Origin: Eledone cirrhosa
Taxonomy: Eukaryota
Reading direction: 5' to 3'
DNA length: 64,000 nt
NCBI GenBank assembly: GCA_964016885.1
Contig: CAXHJY010001514.1
Location: 132,533-196,532 of the forward strand
Shown here: one piece after another, positions 13,225 to 26,377 of the stretch
Numbering within the stretch: position 1 is the stretch's first letter
Layout of the letters: each line of letters opens with the position of its first letter
Program-made: the position numbers and the translations under genes
Notes under the pieces: generated by a model
Told to the model about the DNA's origin: nothing
The model's database searches: none
What the model saw: only the letters and a program-made list of their open reading frames with translations

Positions 13225-16200
13225 TACACTACACTACACTACACTACACTACACTACACTATACTAAACTACATCACAATACACTGCTCTACACTACACC
13301 ACACTACACCACACTACATTACACTACACTATACTACACCACACCACACCACACCACACCACACTACACTACACTACACTACACTACACTACACTACACT
13401 ACACTACATTACACTACACCACACTACACCACAATATACTACACCACACTACACTACGCTACACCATACTACACTATGCTACACTACACTACACTACACA
13501 CCACACACCACACTACACTACACCACACCACACTACACTACACCACACTACACCACACTACACCACACTACACCACACTACACTACACCATACCACACCA
13601 CACTACACTACACCCCACCACACTACACCACACCACACTACACCACACAGCACACTACACTACACACCACACTACACTACACCACACAACACCACACTAC
13701 ACTACAGCACACTACACTACACCGCACTAAACCACACAACACCACACTACACCACACCACACTACACTACACCACACTACACCACACTACACTACACTAC
13801 ACTACACTACAGCACACTACACCACACTACACCACACTACACTACACTATGCTACACCGCACTACACTACACTACACTACACACCACACACCACACTACA
13901 CTACACCACACCACACTACACTACACTACACCACACGACACAACACCACACCACACTACACTACACTACACCACACTACACCACACTACACTACACCACA
14001 CTACACCACACTACACCACACTACACCACACTACACTACACTACACCACACTACACCACACTAGACTACACCACACTACACCACACTACACTACACCACA
14101 CTACACCACACTACACACCACACACCACCACACTACACACCACACACCACCACACTAACTACACTACACACCACACTACACACCACACACCACACTACAT
14201 CCCACACCACACTACACTACACCACACAACACCACACTACACTACACCACACTACACTACACCACACTACACCACACCACACTACACCACACTATGCCAC
14301 ACTACACACCTCACACCACACTACACTACACCACACTACACCACACACCACCACACATCACCCTACACTACACCACACCACATCATAATACATCACACTA
14401 CACACTACACTACACTACACCACACTACACTACACCACACTACACACCACAATACACTAAACAATACACTACACTACACACCACACTACACTACACCACA
14501 CCACACTACACTACACCACACGACACCACACTACAACACACTACACCACACTACACCACACTACCCAACACTACACCACACACCACACCACACACCACAC
14601 CACACCACACTACACCACACCACACCACACTACACCACACCACACTACACTACACCACACTACACCACAGCACACTACACCGCACTAAACCACACAACAC
14701 CACACTACACTACACCACACTACACTACACCACACTACACCACACTATGCCACACTACACACCTCACACCACACTACACTACACTACACCACACTACCCA
14801 CACACCACCCTACACTACACCACACCACATCATAATACATCACACTACACCACACTACACTACACTACACCACACTACACACCACAATACACCACACTAC
14901 ACACCACACCACACACTACACTACACCACACAACACTACACCATACAACACTACACCATACAACACTACACAACACAACACCACACTACACTACACCACA
15001 CTACACTACACCACACTACACCACACTACACACCACACAACACTACACTACACCACACACCACACTACACTACACACTACATTACACCACACAACACTAC
15101 ACCACACTACACCACACTACACTACACCACACTACACCACACTACACACCACACAACACTACACTACACCACACACCACACTACACTACACACCACATCA
15201 CACTACACCACACTACACCACACCACACTAAACCACACCACACCACACCACACTACACCACACCACACTACACCACACCACACTACACCACACCACACTA
15301 CACCACACCACACCACACTACACCACACCACACCACACCACACTACACCACACCACACCACACCACACTACACCACACTACACCACACTACACTACGCCA
15401 CACCACACCACACTACACCACACTACACCACACTACACTATGCCACACCACACACCACACTACACTACACACCACACCACACTTCACCACACCACACTGC
15501 ACCACACTACACCACACTACACTATGCCACACCACACCACACTACACCACACTACACCACACTACACTACGCCACACCACACACCACACTACACACCACA
15601 CCAACTACACCACACCACACTACACCACACTACACCACACCACACTACACCACACCACACTACACCACACCACACTACACCACACCACACTACACCACAC
15701 CACACCACACCACACTACACTACACTACACCACGCCACACTACACCACACTGCACTACACCACACTGCACTACACCACACTGCACTACACCGCACCACAC
15801 TACACTACACCACACTAAACCATAATACACTACCCCACACTACACTACACTACACTACACTACACTACCAGCACTCCACACCACACCACAAAACACTACA
15901 CCACACTTCACTACACCACACTAAACCACACTACACTACACTACACCACACTACACCACACTACACCACACCACACTACACTACACCACATTACAACACA
16001 CTACACCACACCACACCACACTACACCACACTACACCACATTACAACACACTACACCACACCACACCACACTACACCACACTACACCACACTACAACACA
16101 CTACAACACACCACACCACACTACACCACACTACACCACACTACAACACACTACAACACACCACACCACACTACACCACACTATACCACACTACACCACA

Positions 16201-19130
16201 CTACACTACACTACACACCACACACCACTACACCACACTACACTACACCACACTACACTACACTGCACCGCACTACACTACACCACACTACACACCACAA
16301 TACACCACACTACACACCACACCACACACCACACTACACCACACAACACTACACCATACAACACTACACAACACAACACCACACTACACTACACCACACT
16401 ACACTACACCACACTACACCACACTACACACCACACAACACTACACTACACCACACACCACACTACACTACACACTACATTACACCACACAACACTACAC
16501 CACACTACACCACACTACACTACACCACACTACACCACACTACACACCACACAACACTACACTACACCACACACCACACTACACTACACACCACATCACA
16601 CTACACCACACTACACCACACCACACTAAACCACACTACACTACACCACACCACACCACACTACACCACACCACACTACACCACACCACACTACACCACA
16701 CCACACCACACTACACCACACCACACTACACCACACCATACTACACCACACCACACCACACCACACTACACCACACCACACTACACTACACCACACTACA
16801 CCACACTACACTACACCACACTACACCACACTACACTACGCCACACCACACCACACTACACCACACTACACTACGCCACACCACACACCACACTACACTA
16901 CACACCACACCACACTACACCACACCACACCACACTACACCACACTACACCACACTACGCCACACCACACCACACTACACCACACTACACCACACTACAC
17001 TACGCCACACCACACACCACACTACACACCACACCAACTACACCACACCACACTACACCACACTACACCACACCACACTACACCACACCACACTACACCA
17101 CACCACACTACACTACACCACACTAAACCACACCACACTACAACACACTACACCACACTACACCACACCACACCACACCACACTGCACTACGCCACACCA
17201 CACCACACCACACCACACCACACTGCACCACACCACACCACACCATACCATACCACACTACACTACACTGCACTACACTACACTACACTACACTACACCA
17301 CACCTCACCACACCACACTACACTACACCACACTACACCACACCACACTACACCATACCACACTACACCATACCACACTACACTACACTACACTACACCA
17401 CACCACACCACACCACACTACACTACACTACACTACACCACACTACACCACACCACACTACAACACACTACACCACACCACACTAAACCACACTACACTA
17501 CACCACACCACACCACACCACACCACACCACACCACACTACACTACACCACACCACACCACACTACACCACACCACACCACACCACACCACACCACACCA
17601 CACCACACTACACCACACCACACTACACCACACCATACCACACTACACCATACCACAGTACACTACACTACACACACTACACCACACCACACCACACTAC
17701 ACCACACTACACCACACCACACCACACCACAGCACACCACACCACACCACACTACACCACACCACACTACACCACACTATACCACACCACACTACACTAC
17801 ACCACACTACACTACACCACACTACACCACACCACACTACACCACACCACACTATATTACACTATACTACCCCACACCACACCACACTACACTACACCAT
17901 ACCATACCACACTACACTACACCACACCGCACTACACTACACCACACTACACCACACCACACTACACCACACTACACCACACCAAACTACACCACACTAC
18001 ACTACACCACACTACACTACACCACACCACACTGCACCACTCCGCACTACACTACACTACACCACACTACACTACACTACACCACAATACACTACACTAC
18101 ACCACACCATACCATACCACACCACACCACACGACACTACACCACACCACACCAAACGACACTACACCACACCACACGACACTACACCACACCACACCAC
18201 ACTACACCACACCACACCAAACTACACCACACTACACCACACTACACCACACCACACTACACCACACCACACTACACCACACCACACTACACTACACTTC
18301 ACCACACTACACTACACCACACCACACTACACCACACTACACCACACTACACCACACCACACTACACCACACCACATCACACTACACCACACTACACCAC
18401 ATCACACTACACCACACTACACCACATCACACTACACCACACTACACCACACCACACTACACTACACCACACCACACTACACTACACTACACCACACTAC
18501 ACCACACCACACTACACCACACCACATCACACTACACCACACTACACCACATCACACTACACCACACTACACCACACTACACCACACCACACTACACCAC
18601 ACTACACCACACCACACTACACCACACTACACTACACTACACTACAGCACACCACACTACACTACACTACACCACACTACACTACACTACAGCACACCAC
18701 ACCACACTACACCACACCACACTACACCACACTACACCACACCACACTACACCACACTACACCACGCTACACCACACTACACCACACCACACTACACCAC
18801 ACTACACCACACTACACTACACTACACCACACTACACTACACTACAGCACACCACACCACACTATACCACACCACACTACACTACAGCACACCGCACCAC
18901 ACCACACTACACTACACTACACCACACTACACTACAGCACACCACACCGCACCACACTACACTACACCGCACTACACCACACAACACCGCACTACACCAC
19001 ACTACACCGCACTACACTACACCGCACTACACCACACTACACCGCACCACACAACACTACACCGCACTACACTACACCGCACTACACTACACCGCACTAC
19101 ACCGCACTACACTACACCACACCACATCAC
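13225..19130. repeat. (CACTA/CACCA)n pentanucleotide satellite, ~5.9 kb
   Basis: direct reading; source of the spurious His/Thr/Tyr ORFs. Confidence 0.97.
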
Positions 19131-19664
19131 AATTCCGCTACAGCCAGACAGGTACAGCCCGCCCCCCCCCCCCCCCCCCCCTACAGCCAGAGAGGTACCA
19201 ACTCCCACATCCGACCTCCATGACGATGGAATTTACTTTCAGCTAATTTCAATAGAATGCACAAAGGGAGACAACCTCTACTCGCCTTATCGTCCATCTC
19301 ATCAGTAGTCTGTTGGCGTAAGTTGCTGAATTGATACCCATAGTGAGATAAATGGAGACATTTATTACCTGCCTCATGGGAGAACTGGAATGAAATTGCT
19401 GCTACCAGCCTCTCATTAGTTTATCATTTAAGGGTGACGAATTGTTAGCTCGTACATAGTTACATTGTCCACTGAGGCAAAAGGAAAAAAATCATTACAC
19501 ACAAAAATGTGTATCTATGTATGTATATACACACCACATTCATTCATACATACATTCAAATAATACATACATATATATATTCAAATAGTGGCTACATACA
19601 CATGTATATATGTATACACATATATATTGAAATAATACCTACATACACATGTATATAGACACAT

Positions 19665-19713
<49 letters not shown>

Positions 19714-19829
19714 TACATGTGTGTATATACCTTAGGATGAAATTAACTAAATTGAAATGAGCAAGAAGAGTTACATTTCATCACCTACTGCATACAAAAC
19801 AGAATATGTATAAAGCTAGTTTGCAGCTG

Positions 19830-20515
19830 CATAGTTGCACATATGCACTGCTGTGCAGCTACACAGTTGCACTGTTACACATCTGTACAGCTATAAATCT
19901 ACACATTTGCATAGCTACACAGCTACCCAGATACACAGCTACTTGGCTACCTAGCTATAAATCTACCCTGCTACACAGCTATAAAGTTATACAGCTACAC
20001 ATTTATAAAGCTACACACCTATAAAGCTACCCGCTACACAGATATACAGATACCCAGATATACAGCTACTCAGATACCCAGCTACCCAGCTACCCAGAAA
20101 TACAGCTATCCAGCTACCCAGATATACAGCTACACAGCTACCCAGATATACAGCTACACAGCTACCCAGCTGCACAGCTACCCAGATACCCAGCTACCCA
20201 GATATACAGCTACCCAGATATACAGCTACTCAGATACCCAGATACCCAGATACCCAACTACCCAGATATACAGCTACACAGCTACCCAGCTGCACAGCTA
20301 CCCAGCTGCACAGCTACCCAGCTACCCATATATACAGCTACTCAGATACCCAGATAGCCAGCTACCCATATATACAGCTACTCAGCTACCCAAATACCCA
20401 GACACCCAGATATACAGCTACTCAGATACCCAGATATACAGCTACTCAGTTACACACCTATAAATCTACCCAGCTACCCGGCTATCCTGATACCCAGCTA
20501 CACAGCTACACAGAT
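19830..20515. repeat. degenerate 9-bp (cagctaccc/cagatatac) repeat
   Basis: direct reading. Confidence 0.85.
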
Positions 20516-20852
20516 AGTAAAGGAGCGTAACTGTAAAACATGTGCGACGCTCCACCAATTCTACCAATCCGCTCACATCTTGTGTAAACTGACATTTACA
20601 TATCCATATAATTGATTTTCATATATAATATAAATAAAATACAAGATAATCGTCTGCCTAAAAGTGTATCGTCTCTGTAGTAGGGTGAGAGTGAGATATT
20701 TTGTATTCAGGTGTTGACTTGGAACAATTGAAGTTTTTAGTGAAAGGGAGGTAATTATTGTTGGCTTAGGCATGTTTAGGGTAACTATTGAGCAATGTTA
20801 AAAATGGCATTCAAAATAATATATAGTAATGGCATTTTGTGCATTGGTGTGT

Positions 20853-20952
20853 AATATCATATATAGCAGCATATTAGATAATATAATATCATATATAGCA
20901 GCATATTAGATAATATAATATCATATATAGCAGCATATTAGATAATATAATA
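20853..20952. repeat. 3 x 32-bp tandem repeat
   Basis: atatcatatatagcagcatattagataatata at 20854, 20886, 20918. Confidence 0.9.
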
Positions 20953-20958
20953 TTTTAT

Positions 20959-21244
20959 TATAAAAACAAATAACGAAACGAAATTAAATTTCGCTTCGTT
21001 TGTAACTCACTTTTGTATGACTGACGCTTAAACAATTAAGTTAAAAATGTACATCCACATATGTATACTGAAATACTAGTATGCATATGAATACACACAC
21101 GTGTACATATGTAGATGTACCGAGCACAGTAAAGTGTCCAGTGAAAAACTCGGTACATCTACATATGTACACGTGTGTGTATTCATATGCATACTAGTAT
21201 TTCAGTATACATATGTGGATGTACATTTTTAACTTAATTGTTTA
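20959..21244. mobile_element. palindromic remnant related to the 477-bp ribozyme repeat family
   Basis: perfect 96-bp arms 21029-21124 and 21149-21244, 24-nt spacer; patchy similarity to the end of the 60634-63037 unit. Confidence 0.65.
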
Positions 21245-21264
21245 TTTTATTATATATATATATA

Positions 21265-21567
21265 TAAGCTTAAAAATGGAATGAAAATAAGAAGAAAGCA
21301 AGAATGAGGAGTTTTCTTCATCAGTTGCCTACTGGAGGTCTCGGATATTTCCACGCAACAACAACAACAATATTGAACTAAACGAACCAGACATTTTTTT
21401 TCCAATTGATGCTTTCATAAATATTTATTACCTGCCAAAATAGACAAAAAGCGTTGAAATATCCAAGAGACCCCCCCCCCCCCCCCAGTAGGTAACTGAT
21501 GAGAAAACTCCCCCCCCCCCACCCCCGTTTTTGCTTTCTTCTTACTCTCATTCCATTTTTAAGCTTA
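21265..21567. mobile_element. MITE-like foldback element with ~90-bp imperfect terminal inverted repeats
   Basis: taagcttaaaaatggaatga... / ...tcattccatttttaagctta; TA at both ends. Confidence 0.7.
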
Positions 21568-21610
21568 ACTTAATTAGCAATTATACAGCCATATTCTCCA
21601 TATATTTTAT

Positions 21611-21643
<33 letters not shown>

Positions 21644-21644
21644 A

Positions 21645-21927
21645 GCAGAAGGGATATACAATTTGTTGGTAATTCAACAAATATAAATGTTTATAACTGA
21701 TTCAGAGCACTCGACAAGTTTTCTGGAGTATAATATTCAATGATATTAAATAAATGGAAACTATATTTATTAAACCATATTTATTCTATTATATATATAT
21801 TTCAAGGGTACCAAATTTTGGTACGCTCTCATCAGATAAAATACGAAGTGTGTTTTATAAATTTTGACATAACCAAGGAAAATATACCTTAACGGTTCAA
21901 GTTTTCCTTAGGAAAACTTGAACCGTT

Positions 21928-21936
<9 letters not shown>
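21645..21936 (-). mobile_element. PLE terminal (pLTR) fragment with hammerhead and 27-bp inverted 5' end
   Basis: same family as 46404-46864; terminal palindrome 21882-21936; flanked by (TA)n. Confidence 0.8.
21783..21842 (-). ncRNA. minimal type I hammerhead ribozyme
   Basis: attttat CTGATGA gagcgtaccaaa a tttggtaccctt GAAA tatatata TA atagaat. Confidence 0.8.
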
Positions 21937-21985
<49 letters not shown>

Positions 21986-22104
21986 AGGTGAGTTTTATTG
22001 TAGTACAATAAAGCAAGGCAAATATCGGATAAGTAGCACTCAACAGTTTATAGGACTGGTGTATAAATAATATAAGATCAAAAGATGGTTAAAAGAGTTC
22101 CATG

Positions 22105-22175
22105 TATTTTATTATGTGCATTTCAAAAACAAATATCATCATGGGATGTTATTTGCGTTCTCATCAGATAAAATA
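22105..22175 (-). ncRNA. type I hammerhead ribozyme (mirror copy)
   Basis: reverse complement of 22265-22335 with one substitution. Confidence 0.8.
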
Positions 22176-22264
22176 GGGAGACATGATATGAAGCTTAAAA
22201 AACACTTGCGATTTAACACTTCACTGCTCGCAAGTGTTTTTTTAAGCTTCATATCATGTCTCCC

Positions 22265-22335
22265 TATTTTATCTGATGAGAACGCAAATATCATCCCATG
22301 ATGATATTTGTTTTTGAAATGCACATAATAAAATA
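22265..22335 (+). ncRNA. type I hammerhead ribozyme
   Basis: tattttat CTGATGA gaacgcaaatatcatc ccat gatgatatttgttttt GAAA tgcaca TA ataaaata; perfect 8-bp stem I. Confidence 0.85.
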
Positions 22336-22387
22336 CATGGAACTCTTTTAACCATCTTTTGATTTTATATTATATATATATATATAT

Positions 22388-22897
22388 CATCATCATCATC
22401 ATCATCAACGTTTAACGTCCGTGTTCCACGCTTGCATGGGTTTGGACGGGGGTAGTCCCACTTGAGGCAAGAGTGATTGTCTTGCTCGCATAGGACTGTC
22501 TGGCAGGTTTTCTACAGTTGGATGCCCTTCCTAACACCAACCACATTTACAGTGTGGGTCTGGGAGGTTTTTACCGTGTTGCCTACACGGCCACATTACA
22601 GCGTGGACTGTGTGTTTTTTTTGTCGTGACACCTACACGATCTCATTTGTTTCGGCCTGGATGGTGTGGCACCAACACAACTTTACATAGAACGGGGTGG
22701 CGTGGATAGGGTGGGGGTGGTGGGACGGGGGGTGTATTTTGTTAGAGATGCCTACTGGTTGTAGTAGGTTTTACTATGTATTTAGGTAAGGCGGGTCTTC
22801 TCTGTTACTGAGTACCGCCAAAGGTCTCGGTCCAGTGACATTGTCTTGGAGAGGTGTAAGTGTGTGAGGTCAGAGTTTATCAGCTCGTCCCAGGTTT
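22388..22897 (-). mobile_element. RTE-type LINE 3' end and UTR with (ATG)n tail
   Basis: minus strand reads KTWDELINSDL...DRDLWR; UTR matches 46221-46403 in inverse orientation. Confidence 0.75.
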
Positions 22898-23024
22898 ATA
22901 TATATATGTAGGAGGTGAGTTTTATTGTAGTACAATAAAGCAATGCAGATATCGGATAAGAAGCACTCTACAGTTTGTAGGACTGGAGTATACATAATAT
23001 GGAGTATACATAATATAAGATCAA

Positions 23025-25097
23025 AACCTAAATTCCTCAAAAAATGTTTTAGTCCACTCTGACAAAACCAATAACTTATATGGTATTTCCAAGGATAATT
23101 ATAACAACCTTATCCTAAAGGAACTTAGAAAAAAGTATCGTAAAACCAACCATGAAAATTTAGAATACATAAACCTTGAAGCCTCTGAGATTATGTCAAA
23201 ACTTGGCATTGAAAAAAAGACCGAACCATTCCTCCCAAGAACTCCGAGGATAAATCTCAAGGATCACAAAAACAATTTTCGCAAGGAACTACCTGTTAGA
23301 TTAATCGCCCCCTCTAAATCTGATCTGGGGGTTGTTAGTAAAGCCATCTTGGATAGAATTATCCCACAGGTTAGTTCTAATTGCTCTTCTTTGAACCTAA
23401 ATTTATGGTTTGGTACTTCTGAAGTGATTGGCTGGTTCAACAAATTGGATAATAAAAACAAACTAAAATTTATTCAATTTGATATTGCCAGCTACTATTC
23501 CTCCATTTCGCCTTCACTTCTCAATAATGCTCTATCTTTCGCACTTAAATATTCTGACATCACCACAGATGAACTTCACATCATCCTCACCGCACGTAAA
23601 ACCATCCTAGAGTTCAACAACGAATATTGGACCAGAGCCGATACCTCTAACAACTTCGACATCACAATGGGAGCATCCGATTCATCCCAATTGACTGATT
23701 TAATTGGTATCTTTATTTTGAACTCTTTGAGTCGGAAAATTCCTCAACTTCGCGGTGGAATTTATCGTGACGATGGACTCTTTACTATCTTAAATTGCAA
23801 TATAGTTTACCTTAATATTATTAAGAACAATATACGTAATCTCTTTAACCAACATAACCTAAAAATTGAATTTGATAATAGTATCAAACTAGCTAATTTC
23901 TTGGATGTATCTCTTAATCTTGACACTGGCCTATATTACCCTTACCATAAAAACAATGAGAACCTAAATTATGTTAACTTTAAATCTAACCATCCTACCA
24001 ATATCAAGAATGCTATAGTTAGTAATATTGGAAAAAGAATATCTAACATATCTTCTAATAAAAACATCTTTGATGCTAACGCCAATTACTATAATAACGC
24101 ACTTTCTAAAGCTGGCTATCCAGATAAAATCAAATATAGTAAAGAAACAAATTCTAGAAAAACTTACAGTAGAATAATTAATCATGATCATTCCAATAAT
24201 TTTAATAAAAGACCTAGATACAAAAACATAATCTGGTATAATGCTCCTTTCTCCATCTCTATTAATAACAATATTCCTAAATTATTTTTTAGTGCCTTAA
24301 ATAAATGCTTCCCTCCCTCACATATCTATAGTAAAATATTTAACAAACACACCATCAAATTTTCGTATTCTACATCCTCCAATATTTCCAACATCATCTC
24401 TAAACACAACAATAAAATACTAAATACTAAATCTCTTCCTTCCAACATTGAATTTCATAATAACAGTAATAGTACTCCCGACGTCATTGTAAACCCTAGG
24501 CTAACTTCTGTAAACCCAAATACAACGTCAAACACAACTTCGCTAAATGTTCATAATCCAACTCTAAATCAAGAAACTATTATTCCTATTATTCATATCG
24601 CAAACAACTTCTCCAATCCAATTCCTTCTATAGATAACACTAGGTCACTCATTAATAATCTCTCTAATTACAACTGCCGCATTAAAAATAAATGTCCTCT
24701 CAACAACCATTGTCTTGATAAAAACTTAATTTATGAATGTAAAGTTATAACTAGCACCAATTCCTTCACCTATTTTGGCTCCACTTCCACCTCTTTTAAA
24801 GCTCGTCTCTATAATCACCATTCATCTTTCAAATACAAACTTAAAAGAACCAACACGGCTCTCTCAGAACTCATATGGTCCTTGAAAGACAAAAACATTA
24901 AATATACCATCTTTTGGAAGAAGGTTTCTTCTGCATCCTCATACTTGAACAGCTCTCTATCTAAAATCTGTAATCTCTGCCTAAATGAAAAATTTACCAT
25001 TATCTCTAATCTAGATTCTATAATAAATAGACGTACAGATTTGTTTTCTATCTGCCTGCATAAATTCCATAGGACTTTTCACAAAGTATACAGTTAA
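23025..25097 (+). CDS. PLE reverse transcriptase plus GIY-YIG endonuclease (N-truncated, no internal stops; first ATG 23193)
   Basis: SDKTNNLY, FDIASYYSSI, TMGAS, YRDDG, NFLDV; NCR..CPL..CL, LIY...YFG, FKARLYNH, CNLCLNEK, CLH. Confidence 0.92.
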   Translation, partial: NLNSSKNVLVHSDKTNNLYGISKDNYNNLILKELRKKYRKTNHENLEYINLEASEIMSKLGIEKKTEPFLPRTPRINLKDHKNNFRKELPVRLIAPSKSDLGVVSKAILDRIIPQVSSNCSSLNLNLWFGTSEVIGWFNKLDNKNKLKFIQFDIASYYSSISPSLLNNALSFALKYSDITTDELHIILTARKTILEFNNEYWTRADTSNNFDITMGASDSSQLTDLIGIFILNSLSRKIPQLRGGIYRDDGLFTILNCNIVYLNIIKNNIRNLFNQHNLKIEFDNSIKLANFLDVSLNLDTGLYYPYHKNNENLNYVNFKSNHPTNIKNAIVSNIGKRISNISSNKNIFDANANYYNNALSKAGYPDKIKYSKETNSRKTYSRIINHDHSNNFNKRPRYKNIIWYNAPFSISINNNIPKLFFSALNKCFPPSHIYSKIFNKHTIKFSYSTSSNISNIISKHNNKILNTKSLPSNIEFHNNSNSTPDVIVNPRLTSVNPNTTSNTTSLNVHNPTLNQETIIPIIHIANNFSNPIPSIDNTRSLINNLSNYNCRIKNKCPLNNHCLDKNLIYECKVITSTNSFTYFGSTSTSFKARLYNHHSSFKYKLKRTNTALSELIWSLKDKNIKYTIFWKKVSSASSYLNSSLSKICNLCLNEKFTIISNLDSIINRRTDLFSICLHKFHRTFHKVYS

Positions 25098-26177
25098 TAT
25101 TCAATTCTTTATCAATTTAGAATCTTTTCTCAAAGGCACATATACATACACCTCTTTAAAATATACCCATCTTCCTACCTTACTTTAAAGGGCATTATAC
25201 ACTCTATAATACTTGTTTACTCATTACCCTCTTTCTATCTTCACCTTGTAAAATCCTTCATAATATATACATTTGTTTTTTTGACGTTAGAATATTCATC
25301 CGCAATTATTATTATTTTTTCTCTCTATCATTAAAACTTTTTAATCTCAATTTCATCCTTAATTTATTATTTTTTTCTCCCCATCAACGAACTCATTCTT
25401 AATACATATTAACTCGTTCTTCGCACATATTATCAATTCCTTCAATATACAAACTTTAACTTCACATTATTTTTCTCAAATCCTTCTACACACAAACCTT
25501 AATAATTTTTTTTCTCTTCGTTAATTTTGAAATTGCCACAATACTTATCAACATACACCTTTTTCACGTTAGAATATTCATCCACAATTATTATTTTTTT
25601 CTCTCTATCTTCATACATAAACTCCCTCTCTTTCCTCGCAAATATTTTTCCCTTCGCTAATTTTCAAATTCTTTTAATTTATACATTATCTTCCAACGGT
25701 TCTCAACCTCTCTATGTTAAAACAATATATCTTTTCTCAGTTATAAAAACTATCTCTTTCTCTCTATCACCCATCTCTCCCTCTCCACCTTCACTCTCAT
25801 CTCCTCCCCCCTTTTTTCATCCTTTCCACCCCACCCCCCTCCCTAAATAAAATATTTTTTCCTCGTACATATCTTTCCCTTCGCTAATTTTCAAATTCTT
25901 TTAATTTATACATTATCTTCCAACGGTTTTCAACCTCTCTATGTAAAACAATATATCTTCTCTCAGTTATAAAAACTATCTCTTTCTCTCTATCACCCAT
26001 CTCTTTCTCTCTATCACCCATCTCTCCCTCTCATCTCCTTCCCTTTTTCATCCTTCCCCCCCTCTCTAAATAAAATATTTTTCCCAATATCACACATCAA
26101 TCTAAAACCACTTTTCACATGTTGATTTAAAACTGCACTATCCACAAGTGTTTTTTAGCCTTCATATCATGTTCTCC

Positions 26178-26248
26178 TGTTTTATCTGATGAAAACACAA
26201 ATATTATTGCATGATGATGTTTGTTTTTGAAATGCGCATAATAAAATA
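26178..26248 (+). ncRNA. type I hammerhead ribozyme of the PLE 3' end
   Basis: tgttttat CTGATGA aaacacaaatattat...atgatgtttgttttt GAAA tgcgca TA ataaaata; palindromic stem III ATGCGCAT. Confidence 0.88.
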
Positions 26249-26278
26249 CATGGAACTCCTTTAACCATCTTTTGATCT

Positions 26279-26355
<77 letters not shown>

Positions 26356-26377
26356 ATTCTATGATTGTTTATTAAAG

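Larger units (their letters stand above)
21982..22373. mobile_element. asymmetric palindromic PLE pLTR (same family as the 22908-26286 element)
   Basis: arms 22067-22211 and 22228-22373, 16-nt spacer, 85-nt extra tail on the left; hammerhead in each arm; in (TA)n. Confidence 0.88.
22908..26286 (+). mobile_element. Penelope-like retroelement, 5'-truncated, with inverted 5' tail and 3' hammerhead (Naiad-like by motif recall)
   Basis: inverted segment 22908-23026, RT+GIY-YIG ORF, ~1.2-kb 3' UTR, hammerhead 26178-26248, (TA)n at both ends. Confidence 0.93.

Noticed and set aside
13038-19246. 1650-aa and other His/Thr/Tyr-rich ORFs
   Set aside because: Translation of a stop-poor (CACTA/CACCA)n satellite; open in several frames
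22116-22324. Mirror 61-aa ORFs on both strands
   Set aside because: Artefact of the palindrome
23025-25097. Selenocysteine recoding as reported for some Naiad PLEs
   Set aside because: No in-frame TGA in this ORF; stops in the other two PLE copies accompany frameshifts and look like decay
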